From a virus: 64,000 bases of DNA. Location: positions 1 to 64,000 of IMG/VR virus record IMGVR_UViG_3300045741_000352. One strand, given 5' to 3'. Positions within the stretch are counted from its first letter, which is position 1. Every line of letters starts with the position of its first letter. A program made the position numbers and the translations under genes. Below are positions 54,581 through 62,733 of this stretch, one piece after another. Below the pieces are notes generated by a model. That model was given only the letters and a program-made list of their open reading frames with translations. It made no database searches and had not been told where the DNA came from.

Positions 54581-57261
54581 TAGCTGCACCCCGCACTCAT
54601 ACCGCATGTATCGCACACGAAACAGTTACCAGTACGACGAAGCATTAAAACACCGCAGTCAGGGCACAGTGGTGCATCGTGTGATTGCAGTGCCGGACCA
54701 GCTTCATTGTCGTCCGTGCTCGGCTGCACTACATCGCCGTCAAATTGGATAGAAAGCCAGCGAAAAATATAGTCAATCACACTACTTGCCATAGGTAGCT
54801 TTGGATTACCTGTAAAACCTGATGGCTCAAACCGAGTGTGACGCAGCTTGTCAGTAAGCACAGACAGGGGGACGCCGTATTGAAGCAGCAGTGACGTGAG
54901 TACACCAACGGTGTCCATCAACCCCCGCACTGTGCTACCTTCTTTTGACATGGTGATGAACAGCTCGCCGGGCCTGTTTGTATCTGGGTACATACCAACA
55001 TTCAAATATCCCTCATGATTACCCACCTTAAATTTGTGGTTGTGTGCTGGACGATCCACAGGAAGTCGTACACGCGGAGGTTGTGCAGGTGTAATTTCTT
55101 CGATGTTAAACATAGCTTTTGCGAGATTTTCACTCGCTTCTTGGATAGGGTTCACTTTGGGTAAGTACCAGTTCGTATCTGGCTCCGCCCATCTGATTTT
55201 ACCAGATTTCAATGTAGCGATATCCGAAAACTGTTCTGGTGGAATTTGTGCAATGGGTGCAGCAGATTGCTGCACAGTGACGGGTTGTACGGTTTTACAA
55301 CCATCACGATACACGGCCACAGACTTAAGCCCAAGCTGCCACGCTATAATGAACGCTTGTTCAATGTCTTCAACAGTGGACTCATTTGGCATGTTGATAG
55401 TCTTTGACACAGCGCCACTGAGTAAGGGTTGCACAATGGCTACCATCGCTATGTGATCACGCCAGGAGATTGTGTTGTCTCCAAGTGCTGTGGCAAACAC
55501 CGCCATGTGCGTCGGGTCCAGTAAGCCACTCTCAACACTGTGCTGTAATGAGCCCGTGTTTTCAAGTTCAACCTGTATTTTGTTACGTGTGTGTTGATCG
55601 TAACCAAGTGCGGTGAGTCCGGCCATAAAAGACTTATTGATCATTTTGACAGAGCCGCCGCCTACAAGTTTTTTATCCTGAATAAGCCCCAGGCACGGCT
55701 CAATGCCGGTCGTTTCACAGTCCATCAGAAAACTGATCGTGCCCGTTGGCGCAAGCAGTGTGACCTGGCAGTTACGAAAACCGTGCTCTTTGCCCATCTG
55801 TAGGGCCTTGCGCCATATATCAGCCGCGTAAGGTCGTCCGTTTTTTTTGTGCTTTTCAATGACTGCCAACATTTCGTCACCGTTCTCAGGATAACCAGAG
55901 AAAGGCCCTTTCTTCTTTGCAATCTTAGCCGATTGTAGATATGCCTCACCTGTCATGAGTGAGGTAATGTCACACGCCGTCAAACGTCCAGCCGCGCTGC
56001 TATACGGCAAGCCTTTCGCCATGAGCAATGCGCCCAAATTTGCATAGCCTAGACCAAGAGAACGAAAGTCGTGCGAGTTCTTTGCAATGCTGTCCGTTGG
56101 GTAGCTCGAACGATCTACGATAATGTCCATCGCTGTAATGAGCACATCAACGGTGTGCTTAAATGCCTCTGCATCGAAACTGCCGTCCGGTCGTAAAAAT
56201 GGTAAAAGGTTGATTGAGGCCAGATTGCAGGCTTCATCAGGTGGTCGCATAAATTCGGAACATGGATTTGTCGATACTATTCTTCCTTGTCCTGGTGTAG
56301 TGTGCCAACTATTGATTGTATCGACAAAAAATAACCCAGGATCACCACACATCCATGCGGCAGAGGCTATTTTATGCAACAAAAGACCTTTCTCACCGTG
56401 CGGTCTTGGCCAAGATGCAAGTTGCATGAAGTCATCGGTAACACTTACACTGTTGTTTGCATTTTGAAATGGGATGTACTCCTGTACTGCACTTTCCATG
56501 CTTCCATCATATCCCGCGTCAATTAACGCATGAGCCATTTCTTCCGCTCTGACTTTACACCAGATAAACTCTTCAATATCTGGGTGATCGTGGTCCATAA
56601 TAACCATCTTCGCGGCACGTCGTGTTGTGCCGCCCGACTTGATGACACCCGCATTGGTGTCTGCACCGCGCATAAAAGATACCGGGCCGCTCGCTTTACC
56701 CCCACTTGTAATTGCCGCATTTTTTGGACGTAATTTTGAAATGTTGACACCAGCACCGGAACCATTCTTGAAAATCATCCCTTCGGTGCGGTACCACTCA
56801 AGAATGGACTCCATGTTATCTTCAACGTCCAAAATGAAACAAGCACTACATTGTGGTTCTGTTTGTACTCCTACGTTGAACCACACAGGCGAATTAAAAG
56901 CTGCGAGCTGGTGAAGTAAGATAAAGCACAACTCTTGATTGAAAATGATGGCATTCTTGTCGTCAAAATAACTATCAAGTAAACCCCACGTCGCTATTGT
57001 ATTAACTACACGTTGAATCATTTGCCGTACCGAGGTCTCTTGTACACCGTCCACCACACGAAAATACTTACTGGCAACGATGTTCGACGCTCGAACAGAC
57101 CAGGAAATTGGGAACTCTGCGTCTCGCATTTCAAAAGCAATACTGCCGTCATCGCGTTCAATTTTGACGTGGCGTTTTTCCCAAATTACTAAATCAAATG
57201 GGTTTACACTTTCTTTTGTGAAGTATCCTGGTATTTCTAGCAGCGACATCATGCACTCCAT
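54580..57261 (-). CDS. nrdJ: class II (adenosylcobalamin-dependent) ribonucleotide reductase
   Basis: Active-site TNPCSEF, an N-terminal WSVRASNIVASKYFR region, and a C-terminal zinc ribbon CPDCG...CDTCG. Single chain, with no nrdB nearby. Confidence 0.85.
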   Translation of the reverse strand: MECMMSLLEIPGYFTKESVNPFDLVIWEKRHVKIERDDGSIAFEMRDAEFPISWSVRASNIVASKYFRVVDGVQETSVRQMIQRVVNTIATWGLLDSYFDDKNAIIFNQELCFILLHQLAAFNSPVWFNVGVQTEPQCSACFILDVEDNMESILEWYRTEGMIFKNGSGAGVNISKLRPKNAAITSGGKASGPVSFMRGADTNAGVIKSGGTTRRAAKMVIMDHDHPDIEEFIWCKVRAEEMAHALIDAGYDGSMESAVQEYIPFQNANNSVSVTDDFMQLASWPRPHGEKGLLLHKIASAAWMCGDPGLFFVDTINSWHTTPGQGRIVSTNPCSEFMRPPDEACNLASINLLPFLRPDGSFDAEAFKHTVDVLITAMDIIVDRSSYPTDSIAKNSHDFRSLGLGYANLGALLMAKGLPYSSAAGRLTACDITSLMTGEAYLQSAKIAKKKGPFSGYPENGDEMLAVIEKHKKNGRPYAADIWRKALQMGKEHGFRNCQVTLLAPTGTISFLMDCETTGIEPCLGLIQDKKLVGGGSVKMINKSFMAGLTALGYDQHTRNKIQVELENTGSLQHSVESGLLDPTHMAVFATALGDNTISWRDHIAMVAIVQPLLSGAVSKTINMPNESTVEDIEQAFIIAWQLGLKSVAVYRDGCKTVQPVTVQQSAAPIAQIPPEQFSDIATLKSGKIRWAEPDTNWYLPKVNPIQEASENLAKAMFNIEEITPAQPPRVRLPVDRPAHNHKFKVGNHEGYLNVGMYPDTNRPGELFITMSKEGSTVRGLMDTVGVLTSLLLQYGVPLSVLTDKLRHTRFEPSGFTGNPKLPMASSVIDYIFRWLSIQFDGDVVQPSTDDNEAGPALQSHDAPLCPDCGVLMLRRTGNCFVCDTCGMSAGCS

Positions 57262-57515
57262 TTCGCAAGTGTATCAACGGTAACTTTTTCTACAGCGTTG
57301 AGTCTTTGTGCGATTTGCCCAAGTGGAAAATGGTCTTTATGCCTACTCCAAAAACCAGCACAGCACACATCATCTGAGTGGTGACAAATGCGGTGACCTG
57401 TGAACTCGCCTGCCATACGTGGGTCGGCAACTTGATTTTCCAGCGCTTGTACATCCAGTGGACTTTCTTTTCTGTAGATACAAGTTGCACACATGGATTT
57501 TTGCACGCGGAACAT
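57249..57515 (-). CDS. Cys-rich hypothetical protein
   Basis: 88 codons with TGATG coupling. Contains CATC ... CHH ... CC. Confidence 0.5.
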   Translation of the reverse strand: MFRVQKSMCATCIYRKESPLDVQALENQVADPRMAGEFTGHRICHHSDDVCCAGFWSRHKDHFPLGQIAQRLNAVEKVTVDTLAKWSA

Positions 57516-57766
57516 CAGTTTTTTCCATTAAAGCCTGGTATGTACACCAATGGCGGCTTCTGTACTTCGCTGCGAGACTTCTCTAAAGCCTCCATCGCCG
57601 CATTCAAAGCCATCTCCTGTGCTGTTATCAACAACCTGAGAACAGCAAACCAACCACCTCCTATATTAGCGTGCTGCATTTGCACTGTGGGTGTGTCGCT
57701 GCCAGGTTGAGGCGGCAGCACATCAATAACAAGTCTCGGATGATCAACTTCATTTGGTTGGCTCAT
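57515..57766 (-). CDS. hypothetical protein
   Basis: ATG 57766 behind AAAGAGG. The longer track ORF would overlap the upstream gene. Confidence 0.45.
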   Translation of the reverse strand: MSQPNEVDHPRLVIDVLPPQPGSDTPTVQMQHANIGGGWFAVLRLLITAQEMALNAAMEALEKSRSEVQKPPLVYIPGFNGKN

Positions 57767-58337
57767 AGCACACCTCTTTCGATTCCAGACGCTCAATTTC
57801 CATTTGTGTACAGCAAAACCAGGCAACTTTGGCGAGATCGTCTTCAGGCTCTCCGTTCCTACATTCACCGACATACTCACCTGTAGTAAGCAAGTGAATG
57901 TAAATTTTTAGGTGTTTTAGTGCGTGATTAGCCCTTTCAATTTGAAAAGGTGTATTGTCTGCGCCCAGACGCCAGTTGTCACGCCCGTACTTCACTTCAC
58001 CTTCTCTGAACACCGCGCCAATACGCTTTTCCGCCTCAAGAGGTATCTGCGTCAGGTCGTATGGTTCCACATCGGTGCGAGCTGCGGCGTCTTTGGTTTT
58101 TACAGTAGGCGTCAAAGGAGTGTTCTCGCTCAAACCACAGTGTACACACTGGCGTGTACCGTTGCTGTAATCAATGAACTCGTGACCTTTGCACAAATCG
58201 TGACCTTTGCGTAACTCGTGTGCAATTTCTTGGGGAGTTTTCATAGATGGTGACTCCAAAATTTTGCGGATTTTATTACATTCTGGGCAAGTGTCAGTTC
58301 TGTAATACCCGTGATATTTACACGTATACATCGGCAT
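57750..58337 (-). CDS. zinc-ribbon plus MazG-like dNTP pyrophosphohydrolase domain protein
   Basis: The C-terminal half (IPLEAEKRIGAVFREGEVKYGRDNWR ... ERANHALKHL ... EDDLAKVAWF) fits the phage dATP/dGTP diphosphohydrolase (all-alpha NTP-PPase) pattern. Confidence 0.5.
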   Translation of the reverse strand: MPMYTCKYHGYYRTDTCPECNKIRKILESPSMKTPQEIAHELRKGHDLCKGHEFIDYSNGTRQCVHCGLSENTPLTPTVKTKDAAARTDVEPYDLTQIPLEAEKRIGAVFREGEVKYGRDNWRLGADNTPFQIERANHALKHLKIYIHLLTTGEYVGECRNGEPEDDLAKVAWFCCTQMEIERLESKEVCYEPTK

Positions 58338-58879
58338 CAATTATACGCCTTCGTAGGCCCTTGCTGGCCCTTATATCTTCCTACATAAGACTGCACAGTT
58401 CTCTCTGTCAGTCGATCATAAACGAGCTGCACAATACGCTCCCCCTGTGCTATACGAACGGGTAGATGTGTTTCGAGTTCGAGTGTAATCTGTCCCTCAA
58501 ATCCTGGATCGATGAAACCCGCCATTTTATGCCCGAGCCCTTTTCGTGCAGGGGATGAACGCATTTGCAAAAATGCACAGTGTGTGCTGGGTACAATGAT
58601 GTTCTCAATCGTAGAGCACAGGTAAAAATACCCAGGTCTGAAGGTATATTTCTCACCGTCAAACAACCTGACTTCGCGCCAGTCTACAAATTGATCTTCT
58701 CTCGTGCACCAAAACAAGAACCGTAAATGACACCACAAACGACGCCACCGCGAAGGTCTCTTTGCGAATTTAATAATGTTGTGCAGTCGCAAATCAACGG
58801 ACGCCGGACCCACATTGTTACGCACATAACCAAACTCTGCTGCATGTTTTGCCAACCATTGATGCGGCTCAACCGCCAT
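58337..58879 (-). CDS. dcd: dCTP deaminase family protein
   Basis: ASVDLRL ... RSSPARKGL ... GFIDPGFEGQITLEL ... GERIVQL are Dcd/dUTPase-fold motifs. TAATG coupling to thyX. Confidence 0.8.
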   Translation of the reverse strand: MAVEPHQWLAKHAAEFGYVRNNVGPASVDLRLHNIIKFAKRPSRWRRLWCHLRFLFWCTREDQFVDWREVRLFDGEKYTFRPGYFYLCSTIENIIVPSTHCAFLQMRSSPARKGLGHKMAGFIDPGFEGQITLELETHLPVRIAQGERIVQLVYDRLTERTVQSYVGRYKGQQGPTKAYN

Positions 58880-59733
58880 TACGCACGCTCCTGAAAAAGA
58901 TTCGGCCAACGTTCAATGCACTTATTTTTCCACAAAGATGCCAAACGTTGAAACTCCAGGTCTGCATATTCGTTGGTACGTTCAAGGAAAAGTTTTTTAA
59001 GTGCTTCCGGGTTGGTTGTCCACACCAGAGATGTCATCGCACTGTGCGGCAAGAAAGACGAAGCAGCTTCGTAGATACGTTTACGGTTGAGACCTTTGGG
59101 GTCTTTTCCTTCGTGCATCTCACGATAGTTATGCTCTTGTTGGTGTATGTACGCACGATAGTTGTTGTAAGCCGCTAACATACTGTCTTGGAAAAAACTG
59201 GTATCAGCTTCACTGTGGTATACCCATGGGTGTACCACGAACCAACCAGGGTGCTCGACATAGCGTGTCGATTCTTGTGACGGCGAACCTTCCTCATCAC
59301 GATCAGCGCCAACGTAGTGTCGGATAAGTTCGTGTGTCAATCGACGACTGATACCAGAAAGAAAAAAGGTCATTTTGGGGTGATACATGAGAGATTTGTG
59401 AGGTATTTGACCGAGTTGTGTATTAGCGATGTATCCAGCGTTGTCTGGTGTACCCGCTTTAGCGCCAAATGAATAATAGCATAATCGTCCACTCAACTCG
59501 ACAAGAAGCTCATTGTCAGTGATCTGTCGTGTGCGCTCCCAACCTTCATGGGGAAAGAGCATTGCTTTACACCACGCATCACCTTCAAAATCAGAAAACG
59601 CCTTGGCATAGCCAGACGGGTAACACTCAGGATGTGCCTCTCTTATACTTTGAATTACCTGTTGCAGTGCCCCAGGAATGAAGCGTTGTTCGCTCAAAGG
59701 TATGACTGTAGGCTCCGTGACAATATGTATCAC
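58879..59733 (-). CDS. thyX: flavin-dependent thymidylate synthase
   Basis: LIRHYVG...SPSQESTRY corresponds to the ThyX RHR...SxxSxRY motif. Confidence 0.8.
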   Translation of the reverse strand: MIHIVTEPTVIPLSEQRFIPGALQQVIQSIREAHPECYPSGYAKAFSDFEGDAWCKAMLFPHEGWERTRQITDNELLVELSGRLCYYSFGAKAGTPDNAGYIANTQLGQIPHKSLMYHPKMTFFLSGISRRLTHELIRHYVGADRDEEGSPSQESTRYVEHPGWFVVHPWVYHSEADTSFFQDSMLAAYNNYRAYIHQQEHNYREMHEGKDPKGLNRKRIYEAASSFLPHSAMTSLVWTTNPEALKKLFLERTNEYADLEFQRLASLWKNKCIERWPNLFQERA

Positions 59734-59912
59734 CCTGTGCTCCTATTCAAGTGGTGGTATGTCAGGATTGAGGCGTAACAGCTCAGTGGCAAGCTCAGAG
59801 GCATAAGAGCGAGAATGATCATAATAAGATTTGACATCTTTATAATTGGAGAGCTTTTGTGCAGTCGCACGTAGCTGCTTAATTTTTCCCAACAATCACA
59901 CGCATTCTTCAC
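59730..59912 (-). CDS. small membrane protein
   Basis: GTGA and ATGA overlaps at its two ends. Hydrophobic segment LIMIILALMPLSLPL. Confidence 0.4.
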   Translation of the reverse strand: MKNACDCWEKLSSYVRLHKSSPIIKMSNLIMIILALMPLSLPLSCYASILTYHHLNRSTG

Positions 59913-60205
59913 TCGTTTCCAATGGGTACCTCACTACTCCCCTGTGCCATTTCGAGCTGTTGTTTCAGCACACGGAGCGCGAGTCGGATCACCTCTGTGC
60001 GCCACCGCAAACCTGTAAGCCTGTGCAATTCGTCAATCAGCTCTAAATCATCTTTATAGAGATAGAGACCGATTTGCTTCTGTCCCGAAATTGTCGATGG
60101 TATATATTTCCTCGTCACGTGTTCTTCCAAACGCTGCCGGGTAGAGTTGTTTAATTGTCTCACCAACCTCAAATGCGTATCTTGTGATTGTATCTTCCTT
60201 TGCAT
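59909..60205 (-). CDS. ribbon-helix-helix protein
   Basis: KQIGLYLYKDDLELIDELHRLTGLRWRTEVIRLALRVL has the RHH pattern. The true start may be GTG at 60118. Confidence 0.5.
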   Translation of the reverse strand: MQRKIQSQDTHLRLVRQLNNSTRQRLEEHVTRKYIPSTISGQKQIGLYLYKDDLELIDELHRLTGLRWRTEVIRLALRVLKQQLEMAQGSSEVPIGNE

Positions 60206-60362
60206 CAGGGAGATTACGTGTGATTATACGCCCGTGTGTAATCAAATTTGCTTGAATACACCACTGAGGTACCTCACTGCTGTGTGCGCCGTAGAGTAGA
60301 CTTACGACATACGTTGCACTTGCACGCTTGGCAATAGCCGCTACATAAGCCAGAGGTCTCAA
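60054..60362 (-). CDS. hypothetical protein
   Basis: TTG at 60362 overlaps the upstream TGA (TTGA), with AAGGAG 8 nt upstream. Confidence 0.4.
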   Translation of the reverse strand: MRPLAYVAAIAKRASATYVVSLLYGAHSSEVPQWCIQANLITHGRIITRNLPDAKEDTITRYAFEVGETIKQLYPAAFGRTRDEEIYTIDNFGTEANRSLSL

Positions 60363-60583
60363 AACACACTCTCCTTTATGGTATTCACTAGAAACAGGAT
60401 GCTCCAAGAAACTGTGTAATATGTACACGGGAATCCGATAAGTACAATAAACCAGTCAATCCAATCTTTAAGTAATGGTGCGGTGTTCTCGCTTCCACAC
60501 TGTTTTGAATTTACGATAGAGCGCATACACACCGCGACGACGAATAACACCAGTACGGTTGTCTTTTTCATAATACGCACCAC
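60359..60583 (-). CDS. two-TM membrane protein candidate (holin-like)
   Basis: MKKTTVLVLFVVAVCM... and WFIVLIGFPCTYYTVSWSILFLV. Conflicts with 60468-60644 in another frame. Confidence 0.35.
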   Translation of the reverse strand: MVRIMKKTTVLVLFVVAVCMRSIVNSKQCGSENTAPLLKDWIDWFIVLIGFPCTYYTVSWSILFLVNTIKESVF

Positions 60584-60644
60584 TCATGTCGTAGTTTACA
60601 CTGGTTGCAGCTCTACGTAATATCTTTGCGCGTTTTCCTGACAT
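60468..60644 (-). CDS. small basic protein candidate (58 aa)
   Basis: ATG 60644 with GAGGTG 7 nt upstream. Begins MSGKRAKILRRAATS. Overlaps 60359-60583 by 116 nt. Confidence 0.35.
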   Translation of the reverse strand: MSGKRAKILRRAATSVNYDMSGAYYEKDNRTGVIRRRGVYALYRKFKTVWKREHRTIT

Positions 60645-60678
60645 GAACAGTCACCTCAAAATTCACGTAAAAAGTACG

Positions 60679-60984
60679 TTAACCGGAGCCGTCGCCGTCG
60701 CCGTCGCCGGAGCCGTAGCCGTAGCCGTAGCCGTAGCCGTCGCCGTCGCCGTCGCCGTCGCCGGAGCCGTAGCCGTAGCCGGAGCCGTAGCCGTAGCCGT
60801 AGCCGGAGCCGTAGCCGGAGCCGTCGCCGGAGCCGTAGCCGTCGCCGGAGCCGTAGCCGTCACCGTAGCCGTTACCGTAGCCGTTACCGTTACCGGAGCC
60901 GTAGCCGTCTCCGGAACCGTAGCCGTAGCCGTAGCCGTAGCCGTCACCGTAGCCGAAGCCGGAGCCGTCGTCTATTCTTTCCAT
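60679..60984 (-). CDS. (Gly-X)n repeat protein, copy 4 (101 aa)
   Basis: ATGGAAAGAATAGAC start and TAA stop. Begins MERIDDGSGFGYGDGYGYGYG. Shares its leader and upstream spacer with copies 2 and 3. Confidence 0.6.
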   Translation of the reverse strand: MERIDDGSGFGYGDGYGYGYGYGSGDGYGSGNGNGYGNGYGDGYGSGDGYGSGDGSGYGSGYGYGYGSGYGYGSGDGDGDGDGYGYGYGYGSGDGDGDGSG

Positions 60985-61003
60985 GTGTATATTTTCACTT
61001 ATT

Positions 61004-61285
61004 TTAGCCGTAGCCGTAGCCGTCACCGTTACCGTTACCGTTACCGTAGCCGTAGCCGTAGCCGGAGCCGTCACCGTTACCGTAGCCGTCGCCGTCGCCG
61101 GAGCCGTAGCCGTAGCCGTCGCCGGAGCCGTAGCCGTAGCCGTAGCCGTAGCCGTAGCCGTAGCCGGAGCCGGAGCCGGAGCCGGAGCCGTCGCCGTCGC
61201 CGTCGCCGTAGCCGTCGCCGGAGTCGTCGCCGTAGCCGTAGCCGTCGCCGGAGCCGTAGCCGTAGCCGTCGCCTATTCTTTCCAT
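61004..61285 (-). CDS. (Gly-X)n repeat protein, copy 3 (93 aa)
   Basis: Begins MERIGDGYGYGSGDGYGYG. Its TAA lies 19 nt before the copy 4 ATG. Confidence 0.6.
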   Translation of the reverse strand: MERIGDGYGYGSGDGYGYGDDSGDGYGDGDGDGSGSGSGSGYGYGYGYGYGYGSGDGYGYGSGDGDGYGNGDGSGYGYGYGNGNGNGDGYGYG

Positions 61286-61304
61286 GTGTATATCTTCGCT
61301 TATT

Positions 61305-61550
61305 TTAGCCGGAGCCGTAGCCGTAGCCGTAGCCGTCGCCGTCGCCGTCGCCGTCGCCGTAGCCAGAGCCGTAGCCGTCGCCGGAGCCGTAGCCGTCACC
61401 GGAGCCGTAGCCGTCACCGGAGCCGTAGCCGTCGCCGTCGCCGGAGCCGTAGCCGGAGCCGTAGCCGGAGCCGTCGCCGTCACCGTAGCCGTAGCCGGAG
61501 CCGGAGCCGGAGCCGTCACCGTAGCCGGAGCCGTTGTCTATTCTTTCCAT
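61305..61550 (-). CDS. (Gly-X)n repeat protein, copy 2 (81 aa)
   Basis: Begins MERIDNGSGYGDGSGSGSGYG. Conserved spacer TAAAATAAGCGAAGATATACAC lies before copy 3. Confidence 0.6.
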   Translation of the reverse strand: MERIDNGSGYGDGSGSGSGYGYGDGDGSGYGSGYGSGDGDGYGSGDGYGSGDGYGSGDGYGSGYGDGDGDGDGYGYGYGSG

Positions 61551-61569
61551 GTGAATATCTTTACTTATG

Positions 61570-61910
<341 letters not shown>

Positions 61911-61923
<13 letters not shown>

Positions 61924-62312
61924 ACAGGCACTTTTGCTATGGATTCTTTTGCCTGTGGTGTAACAGCCAGAATTTCAATAGCCTCTGTCAAAATAACTTC
62001 TTTGACCTCCGTAGGAAACTTACAATCTTTTGGTTTCTTGACTCCTTCCATAGCAAGTTGTGACAAGCTAGCCGCCCCTGCCCAATACCAAATACGGCGT
62101 GCGTCAGTAAGCGTCACTTCTTTGTCATCACGAGCCGCTAGAGTACCTGCAAAAACACCAGCAGAGTATGTACGACAAATAACGTAATCACCGATTTTCG
62201 TACCAACATTTTTTTGCTCGTGATTTGAAATCCACTTCTTTATTAAGGTCATTTCTTCTGTATGACCCCAATTCTCACTTTCAAGATCACCAAGTAATCG
62301 TTCCCAATTCAT
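61911..62312 (-). CDS. conserved phage hypothetical protein
   Basis: 133 aa with AAGGAG 7 nt upstream. YSAGVFAGTL...ARRIWYWAGAASLSQLA is a motif I recall from many phage genomes; its function is unknown. Confidence 0.6.
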
Positions 62313-62335
62313 ACTAAATTCTCCTTTACAGACAG

Positions 62336-62387
62336 TAAAAAACCACAGGTTGTAACATCATACACCGGGATGGTGCTACAACCTGTG
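62336..62387 (-). terminator. intrinsic terminator or attenuator (minus strand)
   Basis: CCACAGGTTGTA-22 nt-TACAACCTGTGG followed by T6 on the minus strand, only 24 nt upstream of the 62312 start codon. Confidence 0.7.
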
Positions 62388-62610
62388 GCGAAGTGGTTGA
62401 GAGTTATGCAAGTTGCAATGGCGGCTGAGTGTGTACGGCAGCGTTCTATACGCACAAAGTCACAATTGAAACACTCCCAACCCGGCAACTAGCTACGAGC
62501 TAGCCACCGTTTCTCAATGCTACAAAGTGTTTTTACAACATAGCCGTATGCTGGCTTGTTTACACAGAATGTGCCTACTAGAAATAGACAAAATCCGCAC
62601 TTTGTAGCAA
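62388..62610 (-). ncRNA. structured leader or candidate ncRNA between the tRNA and the terminator
   Basis: No ORF of 60 codons or more. A 12-bp long-range pairing (TGCTACAAAGTG 62519-62530 with CACTTTGTAGCA 62599-62610) and the CTAGCT-ACG-AGCTAG hairpin. The class is unknown. Confidence 0.3.
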
Positions 62611-62684
62611 CTGCGAGGGTGTGAGTCGAACACACTGATTTTCAGGTTCAAAGCCTGACGGGCCACCGTTGCCCCATCCTCGCA
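62611..62684 (-). tRNA. tRNA-Gln (anticodon UUG), slightly non-canonical
   Basis: Acceptor TGCGAGG/CCTCGCA with discriminator G. Anticodon arm TCAGG-CTTTGAA-CCTGA. T-arm GTGTG-TTCGACT-CACAC. The D-arm/variable region is 1 nt longer than standard, and no CCA is encoded. Confidence 0.6.
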
Positions 62685-62733
62685 ACCGACATTAGATACT
62701 ATACCACCATAGTATTATCTATGCAAATAAATT

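Noticed and set aside
62388-62610. A second tRNA or a T-box leader downstream of tRNA-Gln
   Set aside because: No T-loop (GTTCRANY) or cloverleaf could be drawn. The GGTGGCTAGCTCG resemblance to the T-box consensus is too weak, and the downstream gene is not an aminoacyl-tRNA synthetase.
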